Positions 51,491-64,000 of a DNA stretch of 64,000 nt are shown here, piece after piece; position 1 is the first letter of the stretch, and each line of letters opens with the position of its first letter. Under the pieces are notes generated by a model that saw only the letters and a list, made by a program, of their open reading frames with translations, ran no database searches and had not been told where the DNA came from. The stretch lies in the NCBI GenBank assembly GCA_965178125.1, contig OZ237737.1:124001-188000 (forward strand), given 5' to 3'. Source of the stretch: Bilabrum cf. latius. Its lineage: Eukaryota. A program made the translations under genes and the position numbers.

Positions 51491-54361
51491 TCAGCCGTTC
51501 ATGTTTAGCTGCTGCACTGCCAGAGGAGACGTGGGCGACCCCTCCGGAGACCGACCCGCCCCAGCACCCGCCCCCGCCCTCTCCGGGGAAGGCCTCTCGG
51601 GGCTCAGCCCGGCCGCCTCATCCGCGGCCGACAGCCCGCCCCCCTGCTAGATCAGCTCGTCGTCCAGCTGCGGGCCGCCGCCGCCCCCCTGTGCCCCGCC
51701 GTTGCCGCCGCCGCCGCCCCCCTGCTCCTCCTCGTCCGCCAGCCGCATGTACTCGACCGAGGCGAACCGGTCCCACTGGGAGGTCCCCTTGGAGTTGAGC
51801 TCCTGCTTGACCACCATGGGGTCCCTCCCCTCGAAGGCCTGCAGCTTGCTCAGGTTGAAGAGCGCGGAGAAAAACACCCCGGTGAGCTTCACGCGGGAGG
51901 GGTGCAGGAAATCGCCCAGCCGGAACACCCCGGGGCGGGACGGCGCCAGCAGGTCGGTCATCTGGGTCACCACATCGGATAGCTTGATGGGCTCCATGCC
52001 CAGCTCCTGCATGAGGGCCGTCTGTTCCCTGTAGAAGTGGTTCATCTCCGTGCGCGTGATCCTCCCGTCTCCGTCCAGGTCGATGACCCTGAACCAGTAC
52101 CTCAGGGCCACCTCGCTCGTCTTGTCCTCCTCAGAGAGCAAGAAGCACACGAAGTCCTCGTAGCACATGTGGCCCGGTGTCAGGCTCACGCTAGGCCGCC
52201 CGGCGCCCTCGAACACGCGGTCCAGCACCGAGTGCGTCAGGTTCTGCATCTTGGAGAGGTCCTCCCGGGACAGCAAGAAGTCGTGGTCCGCGTCCAGCTC
52301 CCAGAACTTGCAGTAGAGCACGTAAAAGTGTTCGTAGGAGAAATAGTCCGTCACCACGTTGATGTCCTCCTCCATGTCGACGGTGTGGAAGGCTCGGGTG
52401 AGGGGGGGCGAGGAGGCGCGCATCTGACGGGGGGAGAGCACCTGGGTCGCGTTGGGGTCAAGGTGGTAAAACACGCGGGCCACCACTGTCCTCGCGTACT
52501 TTTCCTGGAACTCGGGAGTGCTCTCCAAGAAAGCGAGGCCGGGGTGGAAGGCCAGCAGCTCCTCGAGGTAAGGCATGAAATCAACGGGCTCCACGCCCCT
52601 GAGCCCGGCCCTGGGCCCCTTGGCCAGCGGCTCCATCTTGCTCAGCAGCCTAAAGAACCGGTCGCACTCGTCCCATGGCTCCGTCTCCTCCCTCCAGTAC
52701 TCCAGAAAGGCGGACAGGCGCACCACGCCCTTGGTCTGGTCGTCATACCCACGGTGCGCCAGCTGCGCCGCCTCCTCCTCCTGCTCCCCCACGGGCACGT
52801 GGGGCGCCTTGCACCACTTGGGGGACTCGTCAGGCAGCCTCGCCTTGGGGGCGGGGCCCTGGTCGCTGTCGTCGAAGCCGCCGGGCACGGTGGGCGCGGG
52901 CTCCTGCTTCCCCTGTTCCCTGGCCGCCTGCCTGGCAGCAGCGTCTCTCGCCAGCGCCTTCCTTCTCTCCGCCTGTGCCCTGACCCTGCGGAACAGCGGC
53001 GCTGCGAAGAACGACGGGAAGCCGCACAGTGTCTTGGCGACCGCAGCAAACTGCTCCACCGGCAGCCCCTTGCGCAGGTCGCCTTTGGCCACCTGCACCC
53101 CGCACACCTCCGCCTCCTCCGCGTCGCCCCTGCGCACCTGCTGCTCGAAGATCACGCCCCCGCTCGCCGCCGCTTTGGCCAGGTCGGGGTCACCCCCCAG
53201 CGCGCCCTCGAGCGCCTTGCAGGCCTCCGAGTGGTGGTGCCTCCACACCTCCAGCACCGTGGGCAGCTTGCTCTCCAGCCTGTCGCCAGTGGGCCCCTTG
53301 CCTCGCCCCGGGATGGGCAGGCCGGGGCCCAGCAAGGGGGGCAGGACGCGCGCGCCCCGCCCCAGCATGCCGCCGCTATCGCCCTGCTCTGCCGCTGCCG
53401 ACGATGAGGAAGCAGAAGACCCCGACTGCTTCTTCGCTGGGGTGTCGCCTCCTCGAAAGCTGCTGGGAAGCAGGCTTGGCTGCGCCGCGGCAGGGGCAGG
53501 CGAACCGGCCGACTGAGACGACCCAGCCGCCGCCCCGCTTCCACCCCCACCTTGCTGCTGCTGAGGCTCCTTGCCCAAGGGGGAAGCCCCCGGGCCCGAG
53601 CCCGACCTCCGGCGACTGGGTGTGCCTGCCTGCTGGCCCGGAGAGGACTCTCTCCTCCGGGAGAATGCACCAGCGATGCCGTCGTCCTGGGGCGAGCCAG
53701 CGTCTGCGAGGTCGGTGAAAGAGAGGGGTATCCGTGTGGGGCGGGGGAACATGGGTGGGTGGGATTATTTGGTGCAAGATTTAACGGAAGAGCGGATACA
53801 TCAGGAAAATGTAGGCCATTGGTCGATGGGGGCGCGATGCTTCGAGGAGCAACCGGCCCCTCGCCGTGCCGACAACGCATCATAGTCGGCGAGACCTGGC
53901 TTAGGACACCCGATCGCGCCGAGCTCACCGAATGTAAAGTGCATAGGGGACGACGGAGATGGTGGGGCGTCAAGTCCTCTGCCACCGGGGGCCCTCGATG
54001 GGCTCCGGGGCGGAGCAGCAATCCCAGCCGCATCGGACTAGGTCCGGCCGGACGCTGGGGAGGACGGAACGCTGGCGCCTCCCGGCATGGCCAGTGCCCG
54101 TCCAGATTTCACGTCGTGCAAAAGGCCGCGCACCAAATCTAACGTCTCCGGGCGGCCCATCCATCGAAGAAACAGCTCGTCGAGCTTTTGCCTGGCGATC
54201 GCCACCCGGTCGATTCTGGCAATTGCCCGGGGTGACGGTGCCGGGTCTCGCCATCCGCTTGCAGATGGAGACGCAGACATCATGCGCGAGGCGACATTCG
54301 TCGGCTGCTGCGGCGTCGTCGGCGCATCCACTTTGATCTGAAGCGAGTGCTTGGCAGCCAT
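51491..54361 (-). CDS. PPP2R3: PP2A regulatory subunit B'' (PR72/PR130 family), one intron
   Basis: 'KLDELFLRW', 'HPGLAFLESTPEFQEKYARTV', 'YFSYEHFYVLYCKFWELDADHD' and an EF-hand DLDGDG. TAG at 54038 and 51647. TGA at 51491. Confidence 0.9.
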
Positions 54362-54566
54362 GGCAACCTATCCGCGCTACTCGCAGCTGCACTTCAGTCA
54401 ATGGATTAACAATATTCCAGAATGAGCAAAGCCTTGCAATAAATACACAAAATGTCCCTGACCTAGCTGCTGTTCCGGCCGGCAAAGCAACTTTTTCAAC
54501 TGGCAGCACGGTCTGGTTTAATCGTAGGAGTTGCGTGTACAAACACCAAATCACACCGATTCGCCA

Positions 54567-56015
54567 TCAACCGTCTTCCTCCTCTTCCATTGATCGCATG
54601 ATTGCCATGGCAAGCTCTTCATCGTCCTCATCTTCCTCTTCATCGCCTCCCCCACTCCCAGCACCCGCACCCGCACCCACACCCGCACCCGCACCCGCAC
54701 CCGCACCCGCACCATCACCATCACCATCACCCCCCTTGGCCCCCCCATCCCCCCTGTCCTCCTCTTTGCTCGCAGCAAGAACCGCCTCCAGCTCGGCCGC
54801 CTCAACGGCCTCTAGCGCCTGCTAGATCGCCTGCTATATTCCCCCCTGGTTCGCCCCCCGCACCACCGCCACCCGCTTCCCGCCCCCGAACACCAGGGTG
54901 GTGGGGAAGGCACTCACGCCGTACCCCTGCACCAGCTGGGGGCTCGCGTCGCCATCCACCTTCACGAAGACCACCCCTGGTTGTTCCCTGGCCATCTGCA
55001 CCAGCACGGGTGCCAGCCTGCGGCAAGGGCCGCACCAGGACGTGCTGAAGGTTGCAACCACCACGCCGTCCCGACTACCAGACGCATCCAGCGCCGCCTG
55101 GATCTGTTGGGGGGTATTTATCTGAGAAATCGAACCTTGGGTAAAGATTCCACCCGCACCTGCTCCAGCGGCCGCAGGAGCCGCTGCCTGGGCCTGTGCC
55201 GGTGCCGCGCTGCCACCTCGGTGCGGTTGGGACCGTACGCCTCCCGCTGCGATCTACGCCGCAGTGCGCTGCACCTCGGTGCCCTGCCCGAAGTTGCGGA
55301 CCCGCCTCATTTCCTCCGCCCTCCTTGCTCGGTCCTCCGCCTCCTGCTGCGCCGCTCGCTCCCTGGCCCTCGTGCGAGCAGCCGTCTCGTCGGCCTGTTT
55401 GGCCGCCATGGCCCTGGCGTCTGCCTGCTGCTGCTCCAGCTGCTTCGCGGCCGCTTCCTTCTCCCTGGCGACGCGCTCTCGCTCCGCTTCATCTTCCTTG
55501 GCGCGGGAATCGACGGCGGCCCTGGCGCTTTCCTCGAAGCGGCGCCGGGCAGCCTCGGCCTCGTCGCGTGCGCGGCTCGCGGCAGCGCGGGCTAGATCCA
55601 CGCCTGCTTGCCAGTGCTCCTCCACCGCCTAAAATTTGACGTCAGCATCGAGAACTTTCTTCGTCATTTTCTCTCCGTACACTCGCTTGTCCGGGTCCGT
55701 TTCCTTCGCTCGACGAAGGTATCCATCCATCTCGCCGCGCAAGGACGCAACCTCTTGATCCATGCGAGCCACGTTTGCCTCCAACGCATCCGCATTCTGG
55801 GACGCGCTCTCAATTGCTGCCACGGCGGCGGCCAAGCTATCGATCGCGGATTCCCCGCCGCGGCTAGCTCCGCCTGAAGCAGGTGCCGCCGTCCCATCGT
55901 CAACTGCCGCGCTCCTAGAACTTCCAGGCCCAGAATCGCTGTGCCCATCCAGAATCTACTGTAAATCGTGCTCTAGTTTGTCGATCCGAGCCTCAAACTT
56001 CTTAAATTTTGACAT
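54567..56015 (-). CDS. coiled-coil + thioredoxin (WCGPC) + two UIM-like motifs
   Basis: Four ORF fragments in one frame joined by five TAGs. 'FSTSWCGPCR' and 'VSAFPT' thioredoxin motifs. UIM-like 'EAAELEAVLAASKEE' and 'DDEELAMAIMRSMEEE'. TGA stop. Confidence 0.8.
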
Positions 56016-56145
56016 GGCGCAGCTGCAGGTACCGAGAATGATTTGGCCCGACGTGTCGCGGTAAGGTGCTAAATGAATATATAAGAGTTTTCGCAGACGT
56101 TGCAGCACGCGGTCACTCAGCCTCTGGTCAGGATCACCTGGGACA

Positions 56146-59100
56146 ATGGCAATCGCAGACATTGATGAAACGCTATAGTAGCTATCAGACTTTGCGGCCT
56201 CGCTGAAATTCGATGATAATGATGGCCAAGAGACGCGTGTTTCACCTGGTGCTGCTGCTGAGGCTTCAGATGCAACTGCAGGAAGAAACGAACCCAGAAG
56301 TGATACAGTAGGGAATACTTCCAATCAAACAAAAAGATTTGCTCAGGACAAGCCCTCGTGGCTGACGTCGCCAGCTTCTAGTCGCCGCACGGCTACTATA
56401 CTGGCTGAGTTGCAGGGGGCGTCAAAATCTGATGAATCAGCCCTCTCAGCTTCAGCTGCTGGTAAAACTTTGGATGAAGTTCTCTGTTATGAGCCCGCCG
56501 AGTTGAGGATATTGTCGCCGCAGTTGCGACGTGGTGTAGCTGCTCATAATAGGGTACCTATCGACCCGCAGGGGATGTCAGTGTCGATGTACCCGGGAGA
56601 AATACCCAGCGGGGTACTTGGTAGTGTGGGCACCCCATCAAACCGAATATCTAGACTAGAGTAGACGTCCCGCCGCCCCATCCATGCAGCGGGCCCCACC
56701 AGCACGCGGGGCTCTCACAGCCGTCCCCGCCGCGCCTCGTGGACCGCGGGCCGGGCCAGCCATGCAGCCCCCTACTAGCAGTTGCACAGTTTAGGGCCCC
56801 CTGGATTAGCACTGCTGACACCCCGGCCGGGACAGGGGCAGGGGCAGGGGCAGGGGCAGGAATGGGAGGAGGATGCAGAACTGCACCAATGGGGAGCCTC
56901 CAGCAAGACTGCTCGCCATTCGACACCCCCCCCCGGTGCTTCAAGGGCCCCGGGAAGGCGAGTCGCCAGGCGCAGCTCCAGCAAGACTCGAAAGAATTCC
57001 TCTAGGGGCAGAACTGTCTCCACTGCCGCCGTACATCATGAGGGATATTCCCAATCGGGACGGCGGCAGCTGATGCGGGCCAGCCGCAGCGCCCCTTCGT
57101 CGCCGCCTCGTCTGCGCCCCGGCGTGCACTCGTCACACGGACCCGACGAGCAGGCAGGAATCCCCATGAGCAGCGTGTTGGCCGTGGAGAAGCTGCTCGC
57201 CGCGCTGGCCTCGCCTCAGAAACAAGAGGGCCAGATCGACTAGCAGCAGCGTGCGCGTGGACACGGGCAGGAGCATGGGCAGGGGCAGATTCAACCGCAA
57301 ACGGTTGGGGAAGGGGCCTCTGCTGCGATGGAAGAAAGCGGAAAGGGACAGGCAACAGTGATTAGTCTGGGCACAGAGGCTCGTACTTCTGCAGTCACCA
57401 GCAAAGTGCAGCATCAGTCGCGGGGGCACCGGGATCCAGTGCACTAGGCTGGCAATGGCACTGGTGCAGGGACTCGAGGTGGCACGAGCCGGAGCCGCAG
57501 GCTTTCCTTCGATGCGCTTGTGGCCCGTGTGGCCGATAGGGGCGCGCTGAGGGGCGGGAAACTTCGAAGTGGTCGTCGTGTCCCGTTGAAATCTAGTGCG
57601 CCGCCACCAGCACTAACCTCAGCCCCTGCCCCTGCCCCTGCCCCTGCCCCTGCCCCTGCCCCTGCCGCTGCTGCACCAAGAAGCTCCGGCGGCAAGACGC
57701 TCCGAGCGAGAGGAGGCCGGCTCATGCTCCCGAGCACGACCGCATTGGCAGACAGCCAAGCGTCTGCAGCACCAGCATCGAACAGCAGCCCAGGGGCAGG
57801 CAGGAGTTCATCGATGCCCCCAAGGCCGCAGTCCAAAGACATAGAGGCACGCGCGGTGCAACGGGCAGAGGAACAGCGGGACAATCACGGCAAACCCACG
57901 CTCCACCTGAATACACAGAAAATTCAGCGAGACACCGCCGCTGCCTCGGACGCAGACGACAAACACACAGCGAGCCCCACCCCCTAGCCCTAGTCTCACG
58001 AAGACGGGGCCATGCAACAGCAAGGCACTCCGGCCCCCGACAGCCTGGCCCTGCTGGCAGCGGGAGACAGCAGCGGGCTGGCGGCTGCCCTGCTGCAGGC
58101 CGCTAGGCAACGGGACGATGCCATGCGGGAGGTGATCCAGCTCAGGACGGACGCGCAGCTGGCCAACGAGGCGCTGGCATCCGCTCGGGCGGACGCAGAG
58201 GCGGCGACTGCGAGCAGAGAGGAGACCATGCAGCAGATCGAGCGGATGAAGCGGGCGGAGGAGGGCAGAGCAAAGCAGCTGCAAGGCGTCACGGAGCGGG
58301 CGTCAAAGCTGAAGGAGGAGAGAGATGCCCTGCAGTCGCAAATGGCGCAGCTGCGATCGCAGCTGGACCAGGCCAGCGAGCGGCACCAGAAAGAGGTGAA
58401 AGAGCTCGAGGGCGAAGTGGAGCGGGAGCGATCGGGCGCAACTGAGGCCAAGCAGAGGGTGCAGCAGCTCGAGGCACAGGCCAGGGAACAAGTTGCGGAT
58501 CTGCAGGCAGAGCTGAGGAGCGCACGGGCAGAGGCAGGCGCGTCCCGAGCGGTGCTGGAGAGCGAGAAGGCGTGCAGGCGGGAGGCAGAGGCCAGGGCAG
58601 AGGCGCTCGCCAGGCAGCTGGGCGCGGCGCGGTGGATGGGTGAAGAAGCAGAGCGGCGGGGCACTGGGCTAGTCAGACGCCGTGACGAGTCTGGCGAGGC
58701 GCGTGATGTAATGGGCGCTGCGGGTGCACCAATTGTAAGTTCCTAGACTTCGCTGGCCTCCTCTGGCCAGGCAAAGGGCACTAGCCGGGCGACCAACGTG
58801 GCTGCCGGCCTTCTTGCCGGCAGTGTTGCTGTTTCTCCGGCCAAGCACGCCTCCCAGCAAGGCAGCAAACCTGCTGCAGTGGCCCCACTGCGCGATTCGG
58901 ACGCCGGACAGCCCAAGATGCAGACAGAGAAAATCCAACCCAGCCCAAGTAGGCAGCCATCAGATGACTCAAAGAAGCAGACACAGCCTCTTTTGGATGC
59001 TGTGAAAGGACGGATGAGTGCCAAATCGGCCTAGTCGTGGTCACGAGAAGGCGCACAGTCCACCGACACCGACACCGCCGTGAGCCAGGCAGACCAAGCG

Positions 59101-61713
59101 CAACCGAGCAGCACCCCATCATTTACCCAAGCGCGCTAGCAGAAGGCGGTACTGCAGCAGCCCGGCGCGTCAGCCGAAACGGATGTGCTTTCCGCGCCCG
59201 CGCAACGGCCGGGTGTCCCGCGGCACCAGAGCACTCCGCCATCCAAGCGAAGAAGGTCCTCGAGGAGCAGGATGGCAGCCAGCCAGGAGTCCATCGGGGC
59301 GATGCCGCCGTCCCTCCAAGACCACCGTCCCTCCCTCACCGAGGCCTCTTAGATAGACACCACCACGCGCTAGACATCTGGCCCATAGGCCGGCAAGTCC
59401 AACAGCAGCGGCTCTGTCACATCTGCAGCTTTGAGCAGCTCTCAAAGCCTGCCACAGCGGCAGGCTCGTGAGGACGAGATAAAAGGTGGTACCACTGATG
59501 CCAGTGCGGGAACGAGAGTGGCATAGTCGTGCCCGTCCGTGGTACCCGCTCGAGCGCCCGCTCTGCAGCAAGACAATGCTCGGGATCGAGGCGGCGCGGC
59601 CACCAAACGGGCTGGCCCGTCACTCCTTTCCTCTGTGGCTGTTCCCGGTTCCGTGACAGCATCCATGCACACGCAGGTGCCTGTGAGGAGAGAACAACGA
59701 GGCAGCGATGGCACTGCTGGGGGCGGGGTTAAGAATGCTGCTGCAAGTGCTGGTGCTGCCGAATCAGTGCACGTGGCAACGCACGGGCACGCAAGCGAGC
59801 GCGAGCTACAGCACGACCTAGGCAAGACAGCACCGAGCCAGACCCCCCAAGCACAGCAGCGCGCAGCAAGGCTTGCTCTCCCCAAGACAAAAAGCACCGG
59901 CTCCGGCCCACCCAACTTGGCTGGTGCTGGAAGATAGCAGCAAAAGGCGACCGAGAAGCAATTCGTTGAGGATACTGCTGCCATGGGCGTGCCTGCAGGT
60001 GTTCGTCCGCATGCAGCAGCCGATGGGAGTGATTCGGACAGGGTGGCATCGCGTGGAACGGAGAGTGTGCCCAGACTGGGACGAGGCATGCCCGGGGGAA
60101 TGGGAGAGGGCGGGGCCGGGATGGAGCTGATCGCGGCAATCGCCGCCATGGCCGAGGCAGTAGAGGGCGAGCGGGGTCCCGACGGTCTCGCCGCTCTGAT
60201 GGATGCAATGGCTGGGGGTGGAAGCGGGGGAGGGGGTGGCGGGTATGAGTTCGACGATGCGATGCAGATGCAAGCCGAGGAGGAGGAGGACATGGCAGAT
60301 GTAGCTGCTCTCCCAGACATCCCCCTGCGGTCTGAGTCGCGCGGCGGAAGTGCAGGCACCGACGCCGGCAGCCAGGACGGGTATGATGGGAGCATACCGG
60401 CGAATGAACAGACAGACGCGCAAGAGACAGGAGAAGGTGAAGGACAAGCATCGATGATCGACGTGTAGAGTGCGGCCCCACCTGCCCTGCAAGGTGAACG
60501 CAACGACCTCCCGTATCCCAAAGCTGTCCGAGATGCTGATGCTTCGAGCGACTCTCGGCGGGTCAAGGAGCTAGGGGACGGCGTCGGTGTCGACACCAAA
60601 GTGCCATCGGGTGCCGCTCGCCAGCGGCTGGAAGGCCTGCTGCTGGCGCATCGCAGGTTTGAGTCCATGATTGATTCGGCTGGGACTGAGAGCGGCCCGG
60701 TCTCAGGCTTGAAGGGTGAGTTTGATACTGGGGAGCCGTGCGACGGGCCGAAGGGCGGTATCAACGGCGGTCATGCCAAGCAGCAGAGGGAGACCAGCGT
60801 GCGCGCGTTGAATGCAGGCATGCCAGTGGAAGAAGCTCCCTTGGACGCAGAAACGGCTCAGCACGCCCAAAGCGTACAGGAAGAGCCCAGCCTGGATGGA
60901 ATGCTGCCGATCGACGAGCAGTACGACCCTGACAGGCCGCTGGACGCATCCTTGCTCACGCTGTCACCGTCTCCTGAGAGGGCGCGCAGCGGCGGCAGGA
61001 CGGCGTGTCCTCCGGGCCCTGACGGCAAGCAAAACAACAGTGGAGTCGAGCTAGCAGTGTCCGATATATTGGCAAACGAAGGTGAGGAATCGCTGCAAGC
61101 ATCGGAACATGCCGATGCATCCGTGGATGGCTCGTCCGTGCCGACAGTCGGCTCCACCTCATTGGCATCCGCCGAGGGCAAGGAGGTACCCAACACCGGA
61201 CCTGAGCAGGCATCTGGAGCATCAAAGCCGAGAAAGACGAAGAAAGTCAAGAAGAAGAAGAGGACAAAGAGCAAGACCACCTAGGGCAGCGCGGGGCCTG
61301 CACATGGGGCCAGAGCGCAGGGCAAGACTGCAATCAGCAAGCCAGCCCCCAGCAAGGCCAAAAAGGCAACCACACTGCCAGCCACGACCTCCAAGCGGCC
61401 GGGGCAAGGCAAAGCCACGGCGGGCCCGAGACGTGGATCCACGGCTTCGCAGTCGAGCAGCCACGGCCCCACGCACTTGGCAACGTCTTCCGGACTACGT
61501 GATGCGGTGCGCGAGCGGCTTGGGATGCTGGGGGGCGGGGGTGCGGTCCGGGTGCCCCTCGGTGCGGTGCCTGCAGGCGCCTCGGCCGATCGCGGCAGCG
61601 CTGCGCCCGGCGTCTCGGGGTCGAAGGCAGGGCGGTCTGCTTCCCAGGTAGGCGGTGCAAGGCGAGTGCTGGCGCGCAGGCCCTCGTCGAGGTACGGCTC
61701 GATGCCGAGGTGA
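56146..61713 (+). CDS. large low-complexity protein with a central coiled coil (~1,855 aa), function unknown
   Basis: Frame +1 runs from ATG 56146 to TGA 61711 with about 18 TAGs and no TAA or TGA. Coiled coil at ~58080-58630. Confidence 0.75.
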
Positions 61714-61847
61714 TCGGATCCAGACTGGATTGTGACCAGCGCAAGCTGGACACGCATACGGCGCTGAGAAGCGCAGATAATGTCAATTTTAATCATATTA
61801 CACATAGCCGGAACTGCACTCAAGGCACGCGCAAATTCTTCAGCATC

Positions 61848-64000
61848 TCAGTCCAGCACCAGCAGCACGCTCTGAGGCAGGTGATCCGAAGGGAATTGTG
61901 GCGACGGCAGGCCCTTGTATCTCCTAATCTCCATGTCAGGCACCTCGGACAGTGCCGCACAGGGCAGCAGGCCGCCCCTGTACATGGCCTCTCGGCTCTT
62001 TGCCTCTTTGTCTGAGCCAGCTCCTTTCGCCTTACCCTTGCCCTTGCCCTTGCCTCCCGCGCGCCTGCCACCCTTGGGCTTCGCAGCCGAGGATGAAACG
62101 CGCCCTGCGCCCAGCCCGAGCGCCCCCGGGTCCGGCCCGCAGTAGACCCAGTCCAGCGCAGCGTGGAACTCGCCCACGTGGTGCGTGAACACGGGGTCGT
62201 GCCCGAAGCAGGCAGACACCGACGAGGCCAAGGACAGCGGCTTGTCCAGCATGGAAGTAGACAGCAGCCCGTGCCACGCACCCTCCGGTGCCAGCCATCC
62301 TTCCGGTACCATATCTCGAAGGCGGGGCAGCGACAGCAGTGCAGCCGGGTATGGCACACCCTTCTTCTCTCCCTCTCGAATCTCGCTCGTGCTGGCCTTG
62401 ACGGTGCCCCGTGACAGCAGCCTGTGCATGGGGTGCGAGCTGAGCGCGTTAAAGTCCCCACCGATGACGAAGAAGGGCCAGCTCGGCCGCCCAAAGCTGC
62501 CCTTGGCCAGCTGCCCATCGGGGTCCGTTGCCTCCAGTGAGGCCCGAAGCCTCGCCACGGTGGCATGCACGCACGCGGACATCTCCATGAGCTGCAGGTG
62601 GGGCTGCCTGAACTGCGCCGTGATGTGCACGCTCACGGCCATGCCCACGTGCGCCGTTCTCCTGTGCCTCAGAACCACAGCAGCGGCCACCTCCGGCAGC
62701 GTCGACTGGAACAGCGCCCTGGTCTTGGCCGGCTGCTCCGATTGGGAGATGGCCTCGTCCCCTAGGTGCACGTCGTGCTTCGAGATGCACTCCCAGTCGG
62801 CCGTCTGCCAGTGAATCGAGGGCCCGATCGCCCGACCAGCCGTGGGCCTGCCGCCTGCCTTGCGCTTGCGGCAGTGCAGCCCCTCGTAGCCGATCGTGAC
62901 GAGTGCGCCGTTGAGCCAGCGCTCGTGGTTCTGCTCAGAGGAGCCCCTTCCATTGCGGTTGCCGATCCGGACAGGCATGGGATCCGCCTCTGCGCCGCCC
63001 TTCTCTTCTTTGCCCTCGCCCGCACCTGCACCGCTGCTGGCACTACCACTACCGCTGCCGCCCGTCTCTTTCTTGGCGTCCTCCTTGGCTGCTTCGTCTG
63101 CCCTGCGCTTGAATGCCTGCGCGTCCTCCTCCTTTGGTGGCGCGTCCTTGACAACGAGAGCGACAGCGTCCGGCGTCTGCCAGCTCTGGACCTCCTGCAG
63201 CATGAGGATGGACGGGAGGCGGAACCTGATCTCCTGCATGTGCAGCGCGCGGCGCCACTCCCACTGCATTGCGGTGCGGGAGGCGTACGGGAACTGGTGC
63301 GGCCCGCAGAGGTCGCCTGCCAGGAGGTTGCGAGTCTCGACCACGAAGGCAGTCTTGTCCCGGCCCAACCTCTCGAGGAAGCAGCGCTCCAACGCCGCCA
63401 CGGCACGAGGTACAAGTCTATCCGCCGCTCCGACGTCAAAGGAATCCCGCCGCGCAACCGCAGACGTTTGATGCCCGCCGGCTGCACCAGCCTGCCCTGT
63501 CGCCGCCACTGCCCCAGCCGAGGCACGATCGTCAGCCCCATCAGACGACAAAGACGAAGGAGATGAAAGAGGCTCCAGCTCCAAACGACGAGCCAGCAAG
63601 GCGGCGGGCGCGCATCCCCGCAGGCCCAGCGGCCGGCTGTACCACCGCTTGCCGCTGGCCAGCCGTGCGGCCTCCTTGCGCCCCACCCCATCCGTGGCCC
63701 CATCGCTGCTGAACCGCGCCTCTCCGTCGCTTCCCTCTCGTAGCATCGGCCGGGCCTCCTGCCCGCCGGTGCTGGACGCACCCTCGGTGGATCCACGCGA
63801 CGATGACGCGGATCCGCTCGCGCCACCGGGCGCCAGCGCGGGCACGCCGGGCCTAGCCCCCAGCGTGGCCCCGCCCACCGTGCTCGCATCACCTCCAATG
63901 ACCGAGCGCGCGCGGATGGCCTTTCTCGCCCTGTTCACTCGTGACTGCATGCGCAGCGCGCTGGTGATGAGTGCCTGCAGCAAGTGGGGAGACTCCTCTC
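61848..64000 (-). CDS. CCR4/nocturnin/ANGEL/PDE12-like EEP deadenylase-family protein, 5'-partial
   Basis: 'RNLLA', 'WEWRR', 'LMLQEVQ', 'GGDFNA', 'LDWVY' and 'FPSDHLP' motifs. TGA stop. Confidence 0.85.
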   Translation of the reverse strand, partial: EESPHLLQALITSALRMQSRVNRARKAIRARSVIGGDASTVGGATLGARPGVPALAPGGASGSASSSRGSTEGASSTGGQEARPMLREGSDGEARFSSDGATDGVGRKEAARLASGKRWYSRPLGLRGCAPAALLARRLELEPLSSPSSLSSDGADDRASAGAVAATGQAGAAGGHQTSAVARRDSFDVGAADRLVPRAVAALERCFLERLGRDKTAFVVETRNLLAGDLCGPHQFPYASRTAMQWEWRRALHMQEIRFRLPSILMLQEVQSWQTPDAVALVVKDAPPKEEDAQAFKRRADEAAKEDAKKETGGSGSGSASSGAGAGEGKEEKGGAEADPMPVRIGNRNGRGSSEQNHERWLNGALVTIGYEGLHCRKRKAGGRPTAGRAIGPSIHWQTADWECISKHDVHLGDEAISQSEQPAKTRALFQSTLPEVAAAVVLRHRRTAHVGMAVSVHITAQFRQPHLQLMEMSACVHATVARLRASLEATDPDGQLAKGSFGRPSWPFFVIGGDFNALSSHPMHRLLSRGTVKASTSEIREGEKKGVPYPAALLSLPRLRDMVPEGWLAPEGAWHGLLSTSMLDKPLSLASSVSACFGHDPVFTHHVGEFHAALDWVYCGPDPGALGLGAGRVSSSAAKPKGGRRAGGKGKGKGKAKGAGSDKEAKSREAMYRGGLLPCAALSEVPDMEIRRYKGLPSPQFPSDHLPQSVLLVLD

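Overview
GC-rich, gene-dense nuclear DNA of a microbial eukaryote, probably a heterotrophic stramenopile (inferred from a 9-TM cadherin, a complex-I gamma-carbonic anhydrase and the AP-4 epsilon gene). It has short GT-AG introns near gene 5' ends, about 22 protein-coding genes and one tRNA-Glu(CUC). The main result is a non-standard nuclear genetic code. Roughly 75 in-frame TAG codons (hand count) interrupt otherwise intact genes. I found no in-frame TAA or TGA inside any gene, and the 22 inferred gene ends are TGA (20) or TAA (2), never TAG. TAG occupies Gln positions, including the conserved Gln of the Q-x-R-S-A-D-E motif of RNA polymerase III subunit RPC10. The code is therefore inferred to be UAG=Gln with UAA and UGA as stops (translation-table-15-like). 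The supplied ORF track is fragmented for this reason. Read with UAG=Gln, it yields a ~5,700-aa CUB/cadherin/IPT/9-TM surface protein and a ~1,855-aa coiled-coil protein. All gene models were built by hand, and product names come from motif recognition, not database searches.
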